Positions 62,041-64,000 of a stretch of DNA of 64,000 bases are shown here, one piece after another (position 1 is the stretch's first letter; each line of letters opens with the position of its first letter). The DNA comes from Amphiscolops sp. MND2022. Its lineage: Eukaryota. The stretch lies in assembly GCA_964187785.1 (NCBI GenBank), contig OZ076409.1:56174001-56238000 (forward strand), given 5' to 3'. The notes below the pieces were generated by a model that worked only from the letters and a program-made list of their open reading frames with translations, did not search any database and had not been told where the DNA came from. The position numbers and the translations under genes are program-made.

Positions 62041-62180
62041 GTCACTTGGTCGAGTGGTTAACCCGGATTTTCCGACGTCTAAAAACCGGAGAGCGCGGGT
62101 TCGTGTCGCACACTGAACCAAAGACAGTTCAAAGCTTGCAAACGTAAGGGGAGGCCCAAGGCACACTCTTTGTGTTCATC
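62041..62180 (+). mobile_element. tRNA-derived SINE head or tRNA pseudogene
   Basis: A-box-like tggtcgagtggt (~62047) and B-box-like ggttcgtgtc (~62098) at tRNA-like spacing. No clean cloverleaf. Confidence 0.5.
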
Positions 62181-62995
62181 TCGGCACAATGCAACTTTTT
62201 AATGTAGTTTTTGAACCAACGTGGCCATCATTTAGATTTTTTTGCAGAAACAAAACGTTCGGAGTGCATAGAAGATCACGATATAGTTTTTGGACACAAT
62301 GCGTTTTACTGGAAATGAAACAAATTCTAGAAACAGTTTTATTCTTGGATTTGAAAAACAGTTTCGCAATATCTCTGTGAAAAGCCACACTTCCTTGGAA
62401 AAATTTGAGCGTATTTCGGCTTTGTGCTGCGGTTTTTCGGAAAACATCCAGGTGGTCGAAGGATACCCTCTTCGGATTGGTCATCGTTTTGGGCGTGAAA
62501 AATGCTTGTTGCGAGCATAAAACTCCTTTTTCGGATCTTCTAGACATTTCTAAAAAATTGAACTTCACAAAAAAAATTGATTCTCATGGTTTCGTTGATG
62601 TTTGCAGTTGAAAAGAAGCGAATTTCGAGTTTTATGTGTATCCCTTCGGATGTTTTCTGGCACTGTTAGTTCGATGAAATATTTGAATGAACATGACTTT
62701 TTTCTTCCTTGTATGGGGCATCGACTTGGGACGCTCTCGGCTTGTTGGAAAAGTTCAAAAATCGAGCCTTTTGCTTTTCGGGCACAAAATCTCATGTCAC
62801 TGTATTTCTCGTTTTTCATGTTTCGTTGGGTAGCAAATTAGATATTTCTAGCCCGTAGTTTTTATAATGAGGTTGACAAGTGCGTGTGTGTAGCCAGTGT
62901 TACGCCGCCTTTTTGTGACGGTTTATTCTAACGGACTTCGTAGAAAAACAGAAATCCCTTTTTAATTTTCCTGGTGTTGTTCTGTAAGTTGTAAA

Positions 62996-63082
62996 TTAGA
63001 ATCAATCTAATTTGTTGCGATTTATATATCAGAATCAATCTAATTTGTTGAATGTTTAAATTAGAATCAATCTAAGTTGTTG
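62996..63082. repeat. Three ~33-bp tandem units containing agaatcaatctaa(t/g)ttgttg
   Basis: The motif occurs at ~62998, ~63031 and ~63063. Confidence 0.85.
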
Positions 63083-64000
63083 AAAAGTGAGAGAGCATGT
63101 TAAAGTTTTAGACTGGGTTTTACTAAAGTGACAGAAAATTGTGGGAAGTGAGAACAAAAAATGAACAAATTACGTTAGCAATGACGTATACAAATTTACA
63201 TGTGAGTGTTAGTTAGCAACACTAGTTTGAAATAAATGCATAGAAAATTTCACAATTTGATTTCATCTTCTGCTTGATTTAGTTGTGCTTCAACAATCCG
63301 CCCGCCTTTAAGGATCTGTAGATTGTTTAATGATTTCAGACTGTGCAATGAATCCAGCTGAAACAGTTGACGCGGCTGGAGAGGTTAGTATCGGCCAGGA
63401 GGTGCAGTAACAGGAGGTTAGTAACAGTCCCAGAAGAGAGTCGCGTTGAAGAGGTGTTCGCTGAAGTTGAACAGCGTGGAGGACTGGCGTGGCGATAGAG
63501 GAGAATTCTTCCGCTGTTGGTGGTCTCCATCTTCAGCAATGGGATCAATTTTCCAACTGTCCCCACGGTGGTTCGAGGCGCTGCAGCAGACAGTCTCTGT
63601 GATTTGGCTCCCAGAGTCAAGTCACTTTGGAATGAGGGTGCTTGTGCGTTCTCGGACTTTTTGCAGTCAGCAGGTGCCACTGTTACAAGTCGCAGCAAAG
63701 GAAGGGCAACCGGGGTTTTGAAGGCAGCAGAACGTGCTCATTTGTGTTGCCTGACTCATGGTCAATTGTCTTGCTACCGACTACATCAAAGTCGGTTCCA
63801 AAGCTCTTTTAGCAGCGAAGGGGCCTCAGGTGGCATGTGGACACATCGAACCTGCTGGGAGAGAGAGTATTGCCAAGCTATCGTCCGGCCGCAAGCTGTG
63901 GATCATAGCTACCAATATTGGCTCTTCCAAATTCCTTATGTCCATTCAAAGCTTTGATAAGTTTTATCAGCTCTTGATGGGTGCAAAATCAAAACGTTCG

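Noticed and set aside
62041..62120. Functional tRNA gene
   Set aside because: The acceptor and anticodon stems do not pair convincingly, so I treated it as a tRNA-derived repeat.
63336..63957. Overlapping 91-146 aa ORFs at the window end
   Set aside because: No recognisable motif, splice structure or family.

Overview
AT-rich, intron-containing animal DNA from a transposon-rich invertebrate genome. The species cannot be determined from the sequence. Two intact host genes can be assembled by hand with GT-AG introns and consistent phases. (1) A 4-exon, + strand gene (18055-20988, 514 aa) encodes an N-terminal ubiquitin-like domain, a degenerate CUT-like domain and an atypical F48/K50 homeodomain, a SATB-like CUT-class architecture. 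(2) A 15-exon, - strand PIWI-clade Argonaute (52325-32746, 965 aa) has an intact D-E-D-H slicer tetrad and no N-terminal RG motifs. The homeobox gene is bracketed by two inverted, diverged copies of the 5' part of one Tc1 element and has a cluster of TAATCC (K50-type) sites upstream. The rest is mostly decayed mobile DNA: two APE-type LINEs, two Ty3/Gypsy elements, a probable BEL/Pao 5' fragment preceded by an SGNH ORF, a hAT (CGGBP1/DUF659-like) transposase, a CRE-like RLE retrotransposon, a stand-alone tyrosine recombinase pseudogene, and many MITEs with readable TIRs and TSDs. All family assignments come from motif recognition by eye; no database search was run.
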